A stretch of DNA of 64,000 bases from an uncultured cyanobacterium (GTDB lineage Bacteria > Cyanobacteriota > Cyanobacteriia > Leptolyngbyales > Leptolyngbyaceae): the NCBI GenBank assembly GCA_963766075.1, contig CAVYAN010000079.1, positions 30,382 to 94,381 of the forward strand, given 5' to 3'. The notes beneath the pieces were generated by a model, which was not told the origin of the DNA, made no database searches, and saw only the letters and a list, made by a program, of their open reading frames with translations. A program made the translations under genes and the position numbers. This document shows positions 48,117 through 58,777 of the stretch, piece by piece. Numbering within the stretch: the first letter of the stretch is position 1; each line of letters opens with the position of its first letter.

Positions 48117-49530
48117 TTACACCCGTCCTCGCAATGTCTGTGCCATTTCATTGGGTTTTGGTGACATTTCCAGGGCCGTTTCTTCCGGTAATCCGTCCCG
48201 CTTCGTACAACTTGTACAGGGACTGATTCATCGAACACATGCCGTCAAAGGTACATTTGGGAATAATCGCTTCAATTTCATCAATGTCTCCCCGGCGAAT
48301 GTAATCCTTAATCGCATCCGTATTAATCAGAATGTCGTGGAAGGCGGCCCGCTTGCCGTCAGTGGTCCGGCACAGCCCTTGGGCAATGATCCCCACCAAC
48401 GACTCGGCTAAGGAAATCCGAATCGGTTCTTGCTGCTCGGGTTCAAACAGTTGCAGAATCCGCTCAATGGTTTTGACGGCACTGTTTGTATGGAGGGTGC
48501 CCATGACCAAGTGTCCAGTTTGGGCCGCTTTTAGCGCGGTGTTGACGGTTTCTTTATCCCGCATTTCCCCCACCAGAATTAAGTCTGGATCTTCCCGCAG
48601 AGCAGCTTTTAGGGCGTTGTCAAATTTGCGCGTGTTGATGCCGACTTCTCGGTGTTTGATCAGCGCCTTTTGACTTTTGTGCACAAACTCAATGGGATCC
48701 TCAATGGTGATAATGTGTTTGGGCATCTCCTTGTTGATGTAGTCAATCATGGCCGCCATGGTGGTGGATTTACCAGAACCCGTAGGCCCGGTGATCAGCA
48801 TCAGTCCTTTATGGTAATGGCACATGTCTTTGAAGACTGGCGGCAAGTTTAATTGCTCCAGGGTAAGAATCTTCAGCGGAATTAACCGCATCACCATCGC
48901 GGGACCATGGAGCGAATCAAAAATATTAATCCGGACACGGGCAAAGTCGTACTGGGTGGCCCCGTCAAAATCTAGAGTGTCTTCAAATTGCGCGATGTCT
49001 TCTTCCGAAAGAATTTCGCGCATCCAACTGTAGAAGGTGTCGCGATCGGTGATGGGATACTCGGTGGTGTCGATTTCGCCCCGGTTGCGATAGCGGGGCA
49101 CTTCGCCTACGCCCAAGTGGACATCAGAATAGCCTTCGTCGTAGGCACGACGCACAATTTGCGCCAGGGTAAGGGAATTGCCCATTGATGGAGGTTTCGG
49201 CGTAGCTGATACGGTGGCCGACTGCGCCGGAGTGGGTGCTGGTGTGGGTAAAGTTGCCATAGTGGGAGGGCCTGAGGATGCGGGCGCATTGACAATTCCC
49301 GTTGGCATCTCGGCGACTGTGGACATCGCAGACGTGGGCATCGCGGACGTGGGCATCGCGGACGTAGGCATTACTTCCGGTATAGTCCGTGGCATGGCGA
49401 TCGTATTGGGAGAGTCCGAAGCAGGCACAGCAACGGTCCTACTGGCCACTGCCCGCGGCGGCGGTGGGGGAATAGGTGGAACGCGCGGCGGCGGTGGGGG
49501 AGCAACAGGCGGACGCTGTGAGTCTGTCAT
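48117..49530 (-). CDS. pilT: Type IV pilus retraction ATPase PilT (PilT2-type, Pro-rich N-terminus), frameshifted near 48186
   Basis: GPTGSGKST, TIEDPIE, LREDPD, GEMRD, TGHLV.GTLH; removing one G gives ITEETALEMSPKPNEM..LRGRV*. Confidence 0.92.
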
Positions 49531-49832
49531 ACGTGGCTTCTCTGTAGAATCTGTAGGAAGGGTTGGGCAGAAAAACTGGGCAGCAAATGCCGCCGCAGGC
49601 GCGCAAGGTTAAGCTACGCCTAGGTTTAGGGTGCCCAAAAGTGAAGCAGATTAACGGCAGAAGCACTGTGGAGTAGGGGAAGGGATTGGGGGGCCTTCTC
49701 TGGCAAGAAACACACCGTCAAAAAAGGCATTCCCCTGGAAGCGCATTTTCTTGCAAGGTCCTTGTAGCGCGATCGCGGTTCTCAGAAAGACGTTTGGCGC
49801 TAATCCGCTGTTGGGTGGCGGGTGGCGTAATC

Positions 49833-50659
49833 TCAATAGCTGGTGACTAAGACTTCTGTAATTTTGCCGCGTTTTTCGGCGTTGGAGTTGATGCTGCGGC
49901 TGGCGTAAATCGTGTGGATGGCGAAGTCTTGGTAGAGGTCGCGGATGAAGGGACAATCGGAGTTGGAGAGCATGATTTTGACGCCGCGATCGCGCAGTGC
50001 CACGAATACGTCCCGCAGGCGAATTTGGTCGGCCTCGGTGAATGCGTAGCGGTTGTAGGCGGTGAATTTGCTGGTGGCGCTGATGGGATAGTAGGGGGGA
50101 TCAAAGTAGACAAAATCGTGACGACTAGTGGCATAGTCCAGGATGGCTTCAAAGGATTGCAGGGTAATGCGGGTGGTTTGCAGAGCAGAAGATGCGGCGT
50201 ACAGCAAGTCGGGATCGCAGATCGGGGGCTTTTTATAGCGCCCCATGGGTACGTTGAAGAATCCTTTGGAGTTTTCGCGGTAGAGCCCGTTGAAACAGGT
50301 TTTATTGAGGTAGACTAGGCGGGCAGCGCGATCGATGGCGTGGCTGGGAACCTGCGCTCGAACCTGATAGTAGTAGTCTTCGCAGTGCCGATCACGATGT
50401 TCTGCCAGTTTGACGATGACAGCATCGACATGATCCCGAATACAGGCAAATACATTAATCAATTCTGGATTAATGTCCATCAAGTGCGATCGCGGCGGCA
50501 ATAAATGGAAAAAAATGGCCCCGCCTCCGAGAAAGGGTTCGTGATACGTAGAGAACCCAGTGGGGAAATGGGGAATGTATTGCGAGATGAGTTGTCCTTT
50601 GCCTCCGGCCCACTTTAAAAGGGGCGAGGGGCGATCGCGCTCAGGAGTTGGGCTTGCAT
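49833..50659 (-). CDS. Dam-family (D12 class) N6-adenine DNA methyltransferase, with no restriction partner nearby; probable frameshift at 50617-50620
   Basis: KWAGGK, EPFLGGG, FNGLYRENS, FDPPY; one extra T yields the typical start MQAQLLSAIAPRPFLKWAGGK (the listed ORF runs to 50819). Confidence 0.88.
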
Positions 50660-50871
50660 GACTCCATGATATAGGGGAATGATCGGATGGAGCAGTTTTT
50701 TCAGTGCAGTGGAAGGTATACCCAGACTGCTCCTCGGCGATAGACCGCACGGTCCTCGTCATTTTTCCCTTTCCAACTGGGAATAAGTTGTCCTCAGATA
50801 GCTGAACCTCTGACGGCATCAGGGGCTTTCTTGTCTACTCGAGTTTGCTAGCGCCCAATTCCCCCACCTGC

Positions 50872-51001
50872 CTAAGGCCCTGTCAAACAATAGGTTTTCA
50901 GTTTTCAGTTCGTTGAGCGGAGTCGAAACGAACGGAAAACTGCTCCCTGAGCGGAGTCGAAGGGAGCTATATCTTGATGTTATTACCTGACAATGCTTAA
51001 G
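50872..51001. mobile_element. Degenerate MITE-like element enclosing two TGAGCGGAGTCGAA REP hairpins
   Basis: Imperfect ends CTAAGGCCCTGTCA / TGACAATGCTTAAG; the REP core matches those at 13073 and 46990. Confidence 0.55.
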
Positions 51002-51026
51002 GGGGCCCAACAGCACCAAGGGCAGC

Positions 51027-52043
51027 CTAAATTGAGTAATGCAGGGGGAAAGCCTTGGCTTCCTTGGGCTTCACAAATACCCGCTGCTGGGGCTCTAATA
51101 GCAATTCATCAAACCGCTCCCGTGACAGATGTGCCATCACGACCTGCCCATCATCCAGCGTCAATTCTGCTTGCACCTCCCAACCCAAATGAATAATGCG
51201 ACTGACGCGGGCCGCCACAGAGGAGTCGCTGGGGGAAATTTCGACCAATATATCTTGTGGACGCAAGAAAATTTCAGGATGGGCCGATTCAAATCCGTTC
51301 TTGGCAAACATGCGCGAGGTGCTGGGCAAAACATTCACTGGCCCAATAAAGCTCATCACAAAAGCGCTGGCGGGGTGGTCGTAAATTTGGGCCGGGGATC
51401 CTACCTGCTCCACTTTGCCCTTATTCATGACAACGATCTCATCGGACACTTCCATGGCCTCTTCCTGGTCGTGGGTGACGAAAACCGTCGTGACGTGAAC
51501 TTCATCATGCAGACGACGCAGCCAAGCCCGCAGATCTTTTCGCACTTTGGCATCTAAGGCCCCGAAGGGTTCATCCAACAGCAGCACCTTGGGTTCGACT
51601 GCGAGGGCACGGGCCAGAGCCACCCGCTGCCGCTGGCCACCGGAGAGCTGAGAGGGATAGCGATCGCCTAATCCGGCCAGTTGCACTAACTCCAACAATT
51701 CATTCACCCGAGCCTTTACTTTGGCGGAGGGCATTTTACGGATTTCCATGGGAAAGGCAATATTTTTTCGCACAGTCAAATGCTTGAACAGCGCGTAGTG
51801 CTGGAACACAAACCCAATATTGCGGTCTTGGACACTGCGATAGGTAGCATCTTCTCCAGTCAGCAAAATTCGTCCTGAATCAGGCATTTCCAGGCCCGCA
51901 ATTAACCGCAACAGGGTCGATTTTCCCGAACCGGAAGGCCCTAGCAAGGCTACCAGGGAGCCGCTGGCAATTTCCAAATTCACGCGATCAACGGCATAAA
52001 AGCTACCAAACTGCTTTGTGACGTTCTCTACAACGATGCCCAC
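51027..52043 (-). CDS. cysA: Sulfate ABC transporter ATP-binding protein
   Basis: [36 protein letters not shown]-terminal TOBE; GTG start. Confidence 0.92.
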   Translation of the reverse strand: MGIVVENVTKQFGSFYAVDRVNLEIASGSLVALLGPSGSGKSTLLRLIAGLEMPDSGRILLTGEDATYRSVQDRNIGFVFQHYALFKHLTVRKNIAFPMEIRKMPSAKVKARVNELLELVQLAGLGDRYPSQLSGGQRQRVALARALAVEPKVLLLDEPFGALDAKVRKDLRAWLRRLHDEVHVTTVFVTHDQEEAMEVSDEIVVMNKGKVEQVGSPAQIYDHPASAFVMSFIGPVNVLPSTSRMFAKNGFESAHPEIFLRPQDILVEISPSDSSVAARVSRIIHLGWEVQAELTLDDGQVVMAHLSRERFDELLLEPQQRVFVKPKEAKAFPLHYSI

Positions 52044-52297
52044 AGAAAAAACCTCGCAATCAATGACAAGAAACCACCATTTAGGCAAAACCCCAGTTTC
52101 TTGATGGCATTAGTGTAGTTTACACCATGTTCCCTGGGGCACGTTTACAGGAAAAAGAAATGGGCTAGGGGCTTAATCGCGGGGACGGCACAACGCGTGA
52201 ACGAAGACAGTAGGCAGACAACTGGGGCGTTGACATCAAGAGGGAGCAAGATGAGAGGGAAGAGGATTAATTGGGTTTATTCGGGCTGATTTAGGAC

Positions 52298-53812
52298 TTA
52301 ACGGCTAGGGCTAAGGGCAGGCCCGGGGTCTATCCGTGGGGATGACAGGGGCAGAGCCTGGGCTAAAACGCGCGGGACAACAATTTCAGGCAAGGCTTGA
52401 ATCTCGTCTGTTGCCTGTGCTCCCCCCGCTGCCCCAATAAATGTCTGTCCCAATGGCGTGGCTTGCAACTGCAAAGACCCGCCCTGAAGCACCTGTGCCA
52501 ATTGGGCTTGGGCAATTTCTAATTGTGGTCCCGCATCAACCAATACCCAGCCTTCCGAGGTGAGTTGCTTGGCCTCAAAGTGGAGGTGCGGACCTGTGGA
52601 AAGGCCCGTACTGCCCACGCGGCCAATCACTGTACCCTGCTGAACCCACTCCCCAGGGCGCACCAGAATTTCTGACATGTGGCCATACAGGGTTTCCAAG
52701 GTGCCATTGTTGTGTTCGATGACGACCGCCATGCCATACCCCCCCATGCTGTCGGCTCCGGTAACTTTGCCATCGGCAACAGCCAAAATCGGGGTGCCTT
52801 CGGGTGCCCCGATGTCGGTACCAGAGTGGAAACGGCGATCGCCCAAAACGGGATGCGATCGCCAACCTACCCCCGACGTAATCGGTGCAGGCACCGGCAG
52901 CGGAAACATCAGCACATTTTTACCCAACTTTCCGGGAAACTGCAAAACCCGACGGTAGTAGTCCTTACTGATAGCGGGCATTGTGCCCACATAGCTCAGC
53001 CCGCGATTGGTCACACTCAGTGGCCCCACATTAATCGTGGAAAGCCCGCCCACCCCACGTCCGGCAACCGATACCGTCTTGCCCAGTTGGCGGGCCTGGT
53101 TGGCTAGGCGAATTTGTTCCGCAGCCTGGGCTACACGCTGGCGATTATATTCTGTTTCCAGGGTACTAATTTGGTTCAGGACATCGGTCTGTAGGGCTTC
53201 CGGCACGGCCTGATGCTGAATCACCTGACGGGCTTTCTCAAATTCTCCTTGCTTGGCCAAGGCTACGGCGGCACTAATGAGGCGACTTTGGAGTTGGGAA
53301 AGTCCTGCCGCATCGGGCAGTTCGGCCATTTCCGCTAGGGTTTTATCAATAATTTGCTGGGCATTGATTTGCTGGACATTGGGTAAGGGGGCTGTGGCCG
53401 GGATCACCCTATCCGGCGGCACTTGCAATCCGGATTCTGCCAGCTTTGCCACTAAGTCCACCCCGGCCACATTGCTTAAAATTGCTGTGGAGTCCAGTTC
53501 GACCGCGCTATAAATTTGCAGGTCTGTGAGCTGGCCTTGTCGCCAGACTGCTTCCGGTTGAACGGGGGAAGCTTCCGAAGTCTGGGTTGATGGCGTTTGG
53601 ACAGACAGCATGGACTGAGAGGGTTTAACCGTGCCGCTCGAGTTCAGCAGTTCTGGGGCAAGGGATAGGGTTTCTGCGGCGGCTATTCCTAGAGGCACCG
53701 GCTGGATGCGGGTGGGCTGCCCCGCAATTTGAGTTGGGGTAGAAGCAACCGGAAGGACCGGGGCGGGGCTAGCGGGTTGGGCAATCAAAAAAAGCGGAAA
53801 GGGTCCAAGCAT
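52298..53812 (-). CDS. M23-family metallopeptidase (peptidoglycan endopeptidase-like)
   Basis: HSGTD (HxxxD), YGHM, STGPHLHFE. Confidence 0.9.
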   Translation of the reverse strand: MLGPFPLFLIAQPASPAPVLPVASTPTQIAGQPTRIQPVPLGIAAAETLSLAPELLNSSGTVKPSQSMLSVQTPSTQTSEASPVQPEAVWRQGQLTDLQIYSAVELDSTAILSNVAGVDLVAKLAESGLQVPPDRVIPATAPLPNVQQINAQQIIDKTLAEMAELPDAAGLSQLQSRLISAAVALAKQGEFEKARQVIQHQAVPEALQTDVLNQISTLETEYNRQRVAQAAEQIRLANQARQLGKTVSVAGRGVGGLSTINVGPLSVTNRGLSYVGTMPAISKDYYRRVLQFPGKLGKNVLMFPLPVPAPITSGVGWRSHPVLGDRRFHSGTDIGAPEGTPILAVADGKVTGADSMGGYGMAVVIEHNNGTLETLYGHMSEILVRPGEWVQQGTVIGRVGSTGLSTGPHLHFEAKQLTSEGWVLVDAGPQLEIAQAQLAQVLQGGSLQLQATPLGQTFIGAAGGAQATDEIQALPEIVVPRVLAQALPLSSPRIDPGPALSPSR

Positions 53813-54253
53813 GGGTTCTATTGCCGAAAACTTTCAATGGATACGCAAATGGATGGGGAAGGTCGGGAAGATTTCAGTGAGTTTATAGAGCCTTGATGTC
53901 TCAGAAATCAGCCGTTCTGGGCTACTTCAGAAGCCAATCTTGCGGTTTCTCGCCCATGGGGGCGACTGAACGCAGACTACGGAGTGGAATTTTCGGGGCG
54001 ATCGCCTTGCAACGAGCAGGCTGACTTAAGAGTGCCCTAAAAATTACGCAGAACATCACAGTATGAGAAGTTTACAAAACTCTTTCAATCAAGTTCGTCC
54101 GCAATCCTAAGGATGAATGACCTCAGTAATTCTGCCGCTATTTCGGAATTCACCAAACCACTCTGGGATTTGCTTCATCAGAAGTTTATGTTCCAGTACG
54201 ATTTGTGTGGATGGTGTTGCGCGCAGGCAGGGGTTACTCCACGCACAAGGAGG

Positions 54254-54877
54254 CTACAGCGCACTGAATGCCATTTGCCAAAACGCTTGTTCTAGTCGGG
54301 CAATATGCAAAAATGTGGCCTCGGCTTCCTTCTGAACCGCCTCTGGCGCAGCGGCTAGTGCGTGGTCAGCCTGTTGTTCCAGGAGCTGCACATAGTCGGT
54401 AAATCCAGAGTTGCCCCAACGGTCGGCAAATTCGGTGTAGGGGGCGGGCATCGGACCAGGCAATTGCCAGCCTTGATTATAGGAGAGTTCAATCGCCCAA
54501 AAGGCCGTCGCTTGGATGGCATAGGGAACATGGGCAAGGCTTTCCAAGTAGCTACAGTATTCTAGGCAGGTTGCTTGGAGGGGAGCATCGAGGTTGAGGT
54601 GCCGTTCAACCGCTTTGGCCCGGAACCAGAGGAGTTCGTCCTTCAGGGCAGCAAATCCAGCCAAAAGCACATCAAAATCCTCTACCGGAGCTGCGGCCAG
54701 TAACCGGGCTGCCATGCGGGTAAAGTCTGTGACAAACAGGTAATCCTGTACAAGCCAAGTGTTGAACTGTATGGGCTGGATGGTCCCCGCTTTGCACTGG
54801 TCTAGAAACGGGTGAACCGTGGCGTTTTTCCAGGCTTGGGGATGGGTTTGTTGCAAATGGTAACAGGTCAGTGGCAT
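54254..54877 (-). CDS. tenA: TenA family protein (TenA_E-like, thiamine salvage)
   Basis: ATVHPFL, WLVQDYLF, AIELSY, RWGN, LEQAFW. Confidence 0.88.
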   Translation of the reverse strand: MPLTCYHLQQTHPQAWKNATVHPFLDQCKAGTIQPIQFNTWLVQDYLFVTDFTRMAARLLAAAPVEDFDVLLAGFAALKDELLWFRAKAVERHLNLDAPLQATCLEYCSYLESLAHVPYAIQATAFWAIELSYNQGWQLPGPMPAPYTEFADRWGNSGFTDYVQLLEQQADHALAAAPEAVQKEAEATFLHIARLEQAFWQMAFSAL

Positions 54878-54947
54878 GGGTTTGGTAGAAGCGTTGGGGC
54901 TGTGAATCAACGGACAGAAGATGAACGGACAGGAGATGACAGGGGGA

Positions 54948-56957
54948 TTAAGGGGATAGGTAAGTATAGCGGCTGAGGCTGCGCTCATAGTTTTGCAGCA
55001 ATAGCTGGGACTCCTGAATGGTGATGTGCTTGTCCAGGAGGGCCTGTTCGGTCTGCTGCCGAATACTCTCCACCATATCTTCGGCATCATATTGAACGTA
55101 TCCCAGGACCTCCTTCATCGTGTCGCCCTTGACAACATGTTCAATGCGATAGCCCGTAGGCGTGAGTTGAATATGGATGGCATTGGTATCACCGAACAAG
55201 TTGTGCAAGTTGCCCATAATTTCTTGGTAGGCACCGCCCAAAAACATCCCTAGATAGTAGGGTTCGCCCGGTTTTAGTTCGTGTAACTCCAGAACTGGCT
55301 TGACATCCCGGAGGTCAATAAATTGGTCAATCTTGCCATCACTATCGCAGGTTAAATCAGAGAGGGTGGCCCGCTGGGTCGGTTCTTCGGTCAGGCGGTG
55401 AATCGGCATGATGGGAAACAGTTGATCAATGGCCCAACTGTCTGGGGCCGACTGAAACACAGAGAGATTCATGTAATACATGGATGCCATGATCTTTTCC
55501 AGGTCTTCCAAATCATCGGGCACATAGTCTTGCTGTCGGACGATCGCCAAAATCCGGTGACAGCAAGCCCAATACAAACGCTCTGCTCTGGCCCGCTCCG
55601 GCAGACCCAAGTAGCCAAGGCTAAAGAGACTAATCGCTTCTTCTTTGAATTGGGTGGCATCGTGGTATGCCTCCTGAAAATTTTCTACCCCAATTGAGTT
55701 GTAGGTTTCGTACAGATTACGAATGATTAAATGCTCGGTTTCAGTGACCGGTTCGGGAACGTTCGAGGGCACTTCACTGGTGCCCAACACATCGAATACC
55801 AGCACCGATTGATGGGAGGCGATCGCCCGCCCGCTCTCACTGACCAGGGTAGGCACCGGCAAGTAATTCTGAGTACAGGCATCCTTGACTGCCGCCACTA
55901 CATCATTGGCGTAGTTCTGCATGTTGTAGTTCTTGGAGGCATGGAAGTTGGTCTTAGACCCGTCATAGTCCACGCCTAAACCGCCGCCCACATCTAGATA
56001 CTTCATGCCTGCGCCCAATTTTGCCAGCTCAACATAGATTTGACTGGCTTCCCGCAGCGCATCCTTGATCACGCTAATGGCCGAAATTTGTGACCCAATG
56101 TGGAAGTGCAGCAACTGCAAGGATTCCAGCATATCGGCGGCGCGGAGTTGCTCCACGGCACCCAAAATTTCCGGAATGGTCAGCCCGAATTTGGCGCGAT
56201 CGCCCGCCGATGTGCCCCAGCGTCCAATTCCCTTGGAACTAAGTTTTGCCCGCACTCCCAACAGCGGACGGATCCCTAAGGATTGGCTGGCAGAAATCAC
56301 CAAACTGACTTCCTCCACCTGTTCCAGCACAATAATGGGAATTTGCCCCAAACGCTGCGCCAGAATCGCGGTTTCAATGTATTCCCGATCTTTATAGCCA
56401 TTGCAAATGAGCAGTGCTCCCCGCGTTTTCAGGGACGCCAGGGCAATCATCAACTCCGGTTTTGACCCCGCTTCCAAGCCAAATTGGTGTGGCTTGCCGA
56501 ACCGGACCAAGTCCTCAACCAAGTGCCGCTGTTGATTACATTTGACAGGGAAGACGCCTTTATAAACGCCAGAATAGTTGTAGCGGGCGATCGCCCGCGA
56601 GAACGCGGCATTCAATCGCTCAATTCGATCTTCCAAAATATCCGAAAAGCGAATCAGCAGCGGCAGGTCAAGATTTCGCTGCTTAAGGCCATTAACCAAA
56701 TCAAACAAGTCCAGGGAACCGCCGCGATCGCCCTGGGGCGAAACGGTGACATGGCCCGCCGCATTAATCGAAAAATACGGCTCACCCCAGCCCAAAATTC
56801 GATACAACTCCTCGCTATCTTCAATGCTCCAAGGCTGATCACGGGTTGAAGCGCTGGACTCTAACGTCGCCACTGGATGACGGTTCTCTCCAGCGATCGG
56901 TAGCCCCACCGCCGCAATCTCGTGAGAAGCATTGATCGCAATTGGTTGTTCGCCCAT
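54948..56957 (-). CDS. speA: Biosynthetic arginine decarboxylase
   Basis: FPVKCNQ, GLEAGSKPEL, HFHIGSQ, DVGGGLG, ESGRA, CDSDG; start uncertain (56957, 56993 or 57041). Confidence 0.96.
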   Translation of the reverse strand: MGEQPIAINASHEIAAVGLPIAGENRHPVATLESSASTRDQPWSIEDSEELYRILGWGEPYFSINAAGHVTVSPQGDRGGSLDLFDLVNGLKQRNLDLPLLIRFSDILEDRIERLNAAFSRAIARYNYSGVYKGVFPVKCNQQRHLVEDLVRFGKPHQFGLEAGSKPELMIALASLKTRGALLICNGYKDREYIETAILAQRLGQIPIIVLEQVEEVSLVISASQSLGIRPLLGVRAKLSSKGIGRWGTSAGDRAKFGLTIPEILGAVEQLRAADMLESLQLLHFHIGSQISAISVIKDALREASQIYVELAKLGAGMKYLDVGGGLGVDYDGSKTNFHASKNYNMQNYANDVVAAVKDACTQNYLPVPTLVSESGRAIASHQSVLVFDVLGTSEVPSNVPEPVTETEHLIIRNLYETYNSIGVENFQEAYHDATQFKEEAISLFSLGYLGLPERARAERLYWACCHRILAIVRQQDYVPDDLEDLEKIMASMYYMNLSVFQSAPDSWAIDQLFPIMPIHRLTEEPTQRATLSDLTCDSDGKIDQFIDLRDVKPVLELHELKPGEPYYLGMFLGGAYQEIMGNLHNLFGDTNAIHIQLTPTGYRIEHVVKGDTMKEVLGYVQYDAEDMVESIRQQTEQALLDKHITIQESQLLLQNYERSLSRYTYLSP

Positions 56958-57341
56958 TTTTCCACCCTCTGAAACAGTTCCAACCTTTGACATCCGACCT
57001 CTGACACACTGCCGACCTCTGCCCCAGTCGAGAACGCTCAAGTCAGCTCATCCCTGTCTGCCTGACTCAAATCCAGAAGAGGCTCCAGGATGCACCCCCC
57101 GGTCATAGTCGGATGCGACGGGACAGATGCTATCAGGTGCGCCCTAGGCATCGGGCACATTTACAATGGCCCAAGGGGAACCGTTTCCAGTGCCGCCAGA
57201 TACCAACACGGTCTGCTAGTTTATCGCATCTCTGGAAGGGATGCGGGTGCCGTGGCATACGGTTTTCCGGGATGTAGGCCCAGAATTTCAGCAGCGCACA
57301 TTCCCTATCACCGCAAGGACAAACGGCCATAGGGGCATCGG

Positions 57342-57869
57342 CTAATCATCAGCAGCAATTTTAGGAGAGGCGATCGGAGCAGGCGTCGAAGCCTCGGATG
57401 GGGTTGCAGGGGGTGGGGCCACCACAGGCGGGGCTACCACAGGCGGGGTCGATCCGGTAGGGGTAGAGGCCGTTGTGGGTGGAGCCACCGGGGTGGGAGC
57501 AGGCGGTTCACTCGCAATTCCCAACTGGCCCTTGGCCGTGGCCACCGCTTTCAAGGCACTACTTTTGCCCACTTCCAAAAGCTTCTTGCCTGTCTCGCTC
57601 AGCATTTGGTCCATGCCGACACTGGGGGCGGCTTCCTTTGTTTCGAGGTTATTCACCCAGGTGCGGGCGGCTTGTCCGGCGGTGTAGGAATTTTTCCAAA
57701 TCCACTCCCCTAACACCAGCACAATGCAAATTACCAGCCAAAGAAGATAGCCCGTCTCTTTAATGATGGCCCAAGTGAGGCTGCCAGCTTTTTTGTAGGT
57801 GGCGGCGGTATCTGGCGCAAATAGAGTTTGCCGGACTTTATCGGCTTGGGAAGTAATATGGTTGAACAT
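57342..57869 (-). CDS. Hypothetical single-TM protein with a Pro-rich tail
   Basis: ATG with GGAG RBS, one TM segment. Confidence 0.7.
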   Translation of the reverse strand: MFNHITSQADKVRQTLFAPDTAATYKKAGSLTWAIIKETGYLLWLVICIVLVLGEWIWKNSYTAGQAARTWVNNLETKEAAPSVGMDQMLSETGKKLLEVGKSSALKAVATAKGQLGIASEPPAPTPVAPPTTASTPTGSTPPVVAPPVVAPPPATPSEASTPAPIASPKIAADD

Positions 57870-58336
57870 TTTTCATATCTCCTTCGTTATGCTGGTTAAA
57901 TTTCGCGAGATCTTAATAGAGCCTGTCCAGAAAAAAGTACCATGTCTGGGAATCGTGATTAGAGAATCGCGAGCACAATTCTGGCAGCATTGCCTAGGAC
58001 AGTTTTGATCCCAACTGGATGATCCCATTTGCGCCTTGCTAATGGCACGCTTGAAAGCCAGCTTTGGCAGGCGTAGGACGCCGGAAACATGTTCCATTTT
58101 GCCTAAGGCTGAGCCGATTGGGGCGGGCGATGGGAAATTGTGGTTGAAATTAGTTGGCAAAAGGGCTTGTCATCTGGCAGCGGTGTGCTACCATCAATAG
58201 CTGGAAAAGCTACCAATCGGGTGCTGCCATCATCTTCATAGAGTTGAGCCAAGCGACGAAGTTGAGCTAGCGCCACAAGCATTCCGCCGTCTTAAGTATT
58301 AGAAAAACGTTTAGAGAATTGCCACAATTGAATCCC

Positions 58337-58585
58337 ATGACTAATGTCAGTACGAACCAGCAGGTTATTCACCCCATGGTCAAGTTGCAGCGACAAGTCA
58401 AGTCGCTGATCGATTCTCAACTGCTGAAGCCCTCCGATAGCATTTGGAAAATCGCCCTACTCTATGGGGATGATTGGGCTCACTGGAAACAGGAGTTGTT
58501 AGCGTTTGATTTCACTATGCAGGATCCTGTCAGTGATCTAGTGGCGGTGGAATCCTGGGACGAAGAGGCAACTGACGAAGCCTAA
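58337..58585 (+). CDS. DUF4327 protein
   Basis: HPMVKLQRQV.SL, IWKIALLYGD.W, DPV.DL. Confidence 0.88.
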   Translation: MTNVSTNQQVIHPMVKLQRQVKSLIDSQLLKPSDSIWKIALLYGDDWAHWKQELLAFDFTMQDPVSDLVAVESWDEEATDEA

Positions 58586-58632
58586 GGTTTGCCGGGTCTA
58601 AGGTTTGCCAAGCCTGAGGTTTGCCAAGTCTG
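58582..58632. repeat. 16-bp tandem repeat CTAAGGTTTGCC(A/G)(A/G)G(T/C) x3 starting at the stop codon
   Basis: Seen directly. Confidence 0.8.
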
Positions 58633-58777
58633 CATATTTGCCGCGTCCAAGATTGCCAAAATCTTCCGTAGTTTTTTGTTGGGCTGGCATCCCTTCGCGC
58701 GACAACGGCACGCATTCCCCATCTCCCCTATAATTCTGTGAACGTCTTACGGAAGTATGAGGAGGAGTAGTGTGAAC

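Noticed and set aside
50660..50819. Long N-terminal extension of the Dam-family methylase
   Set aside because: Better explained by a one-base deletion; the alternative frame gives the typical PRPFLKWAGGK start
54877..55090. N-terminal extension of TenA, or a TPP riboswitch before tenA
   Set aside because: The extension overlaps speA in another frame; the 70-bp gap shows no TPP riboswitch consensus
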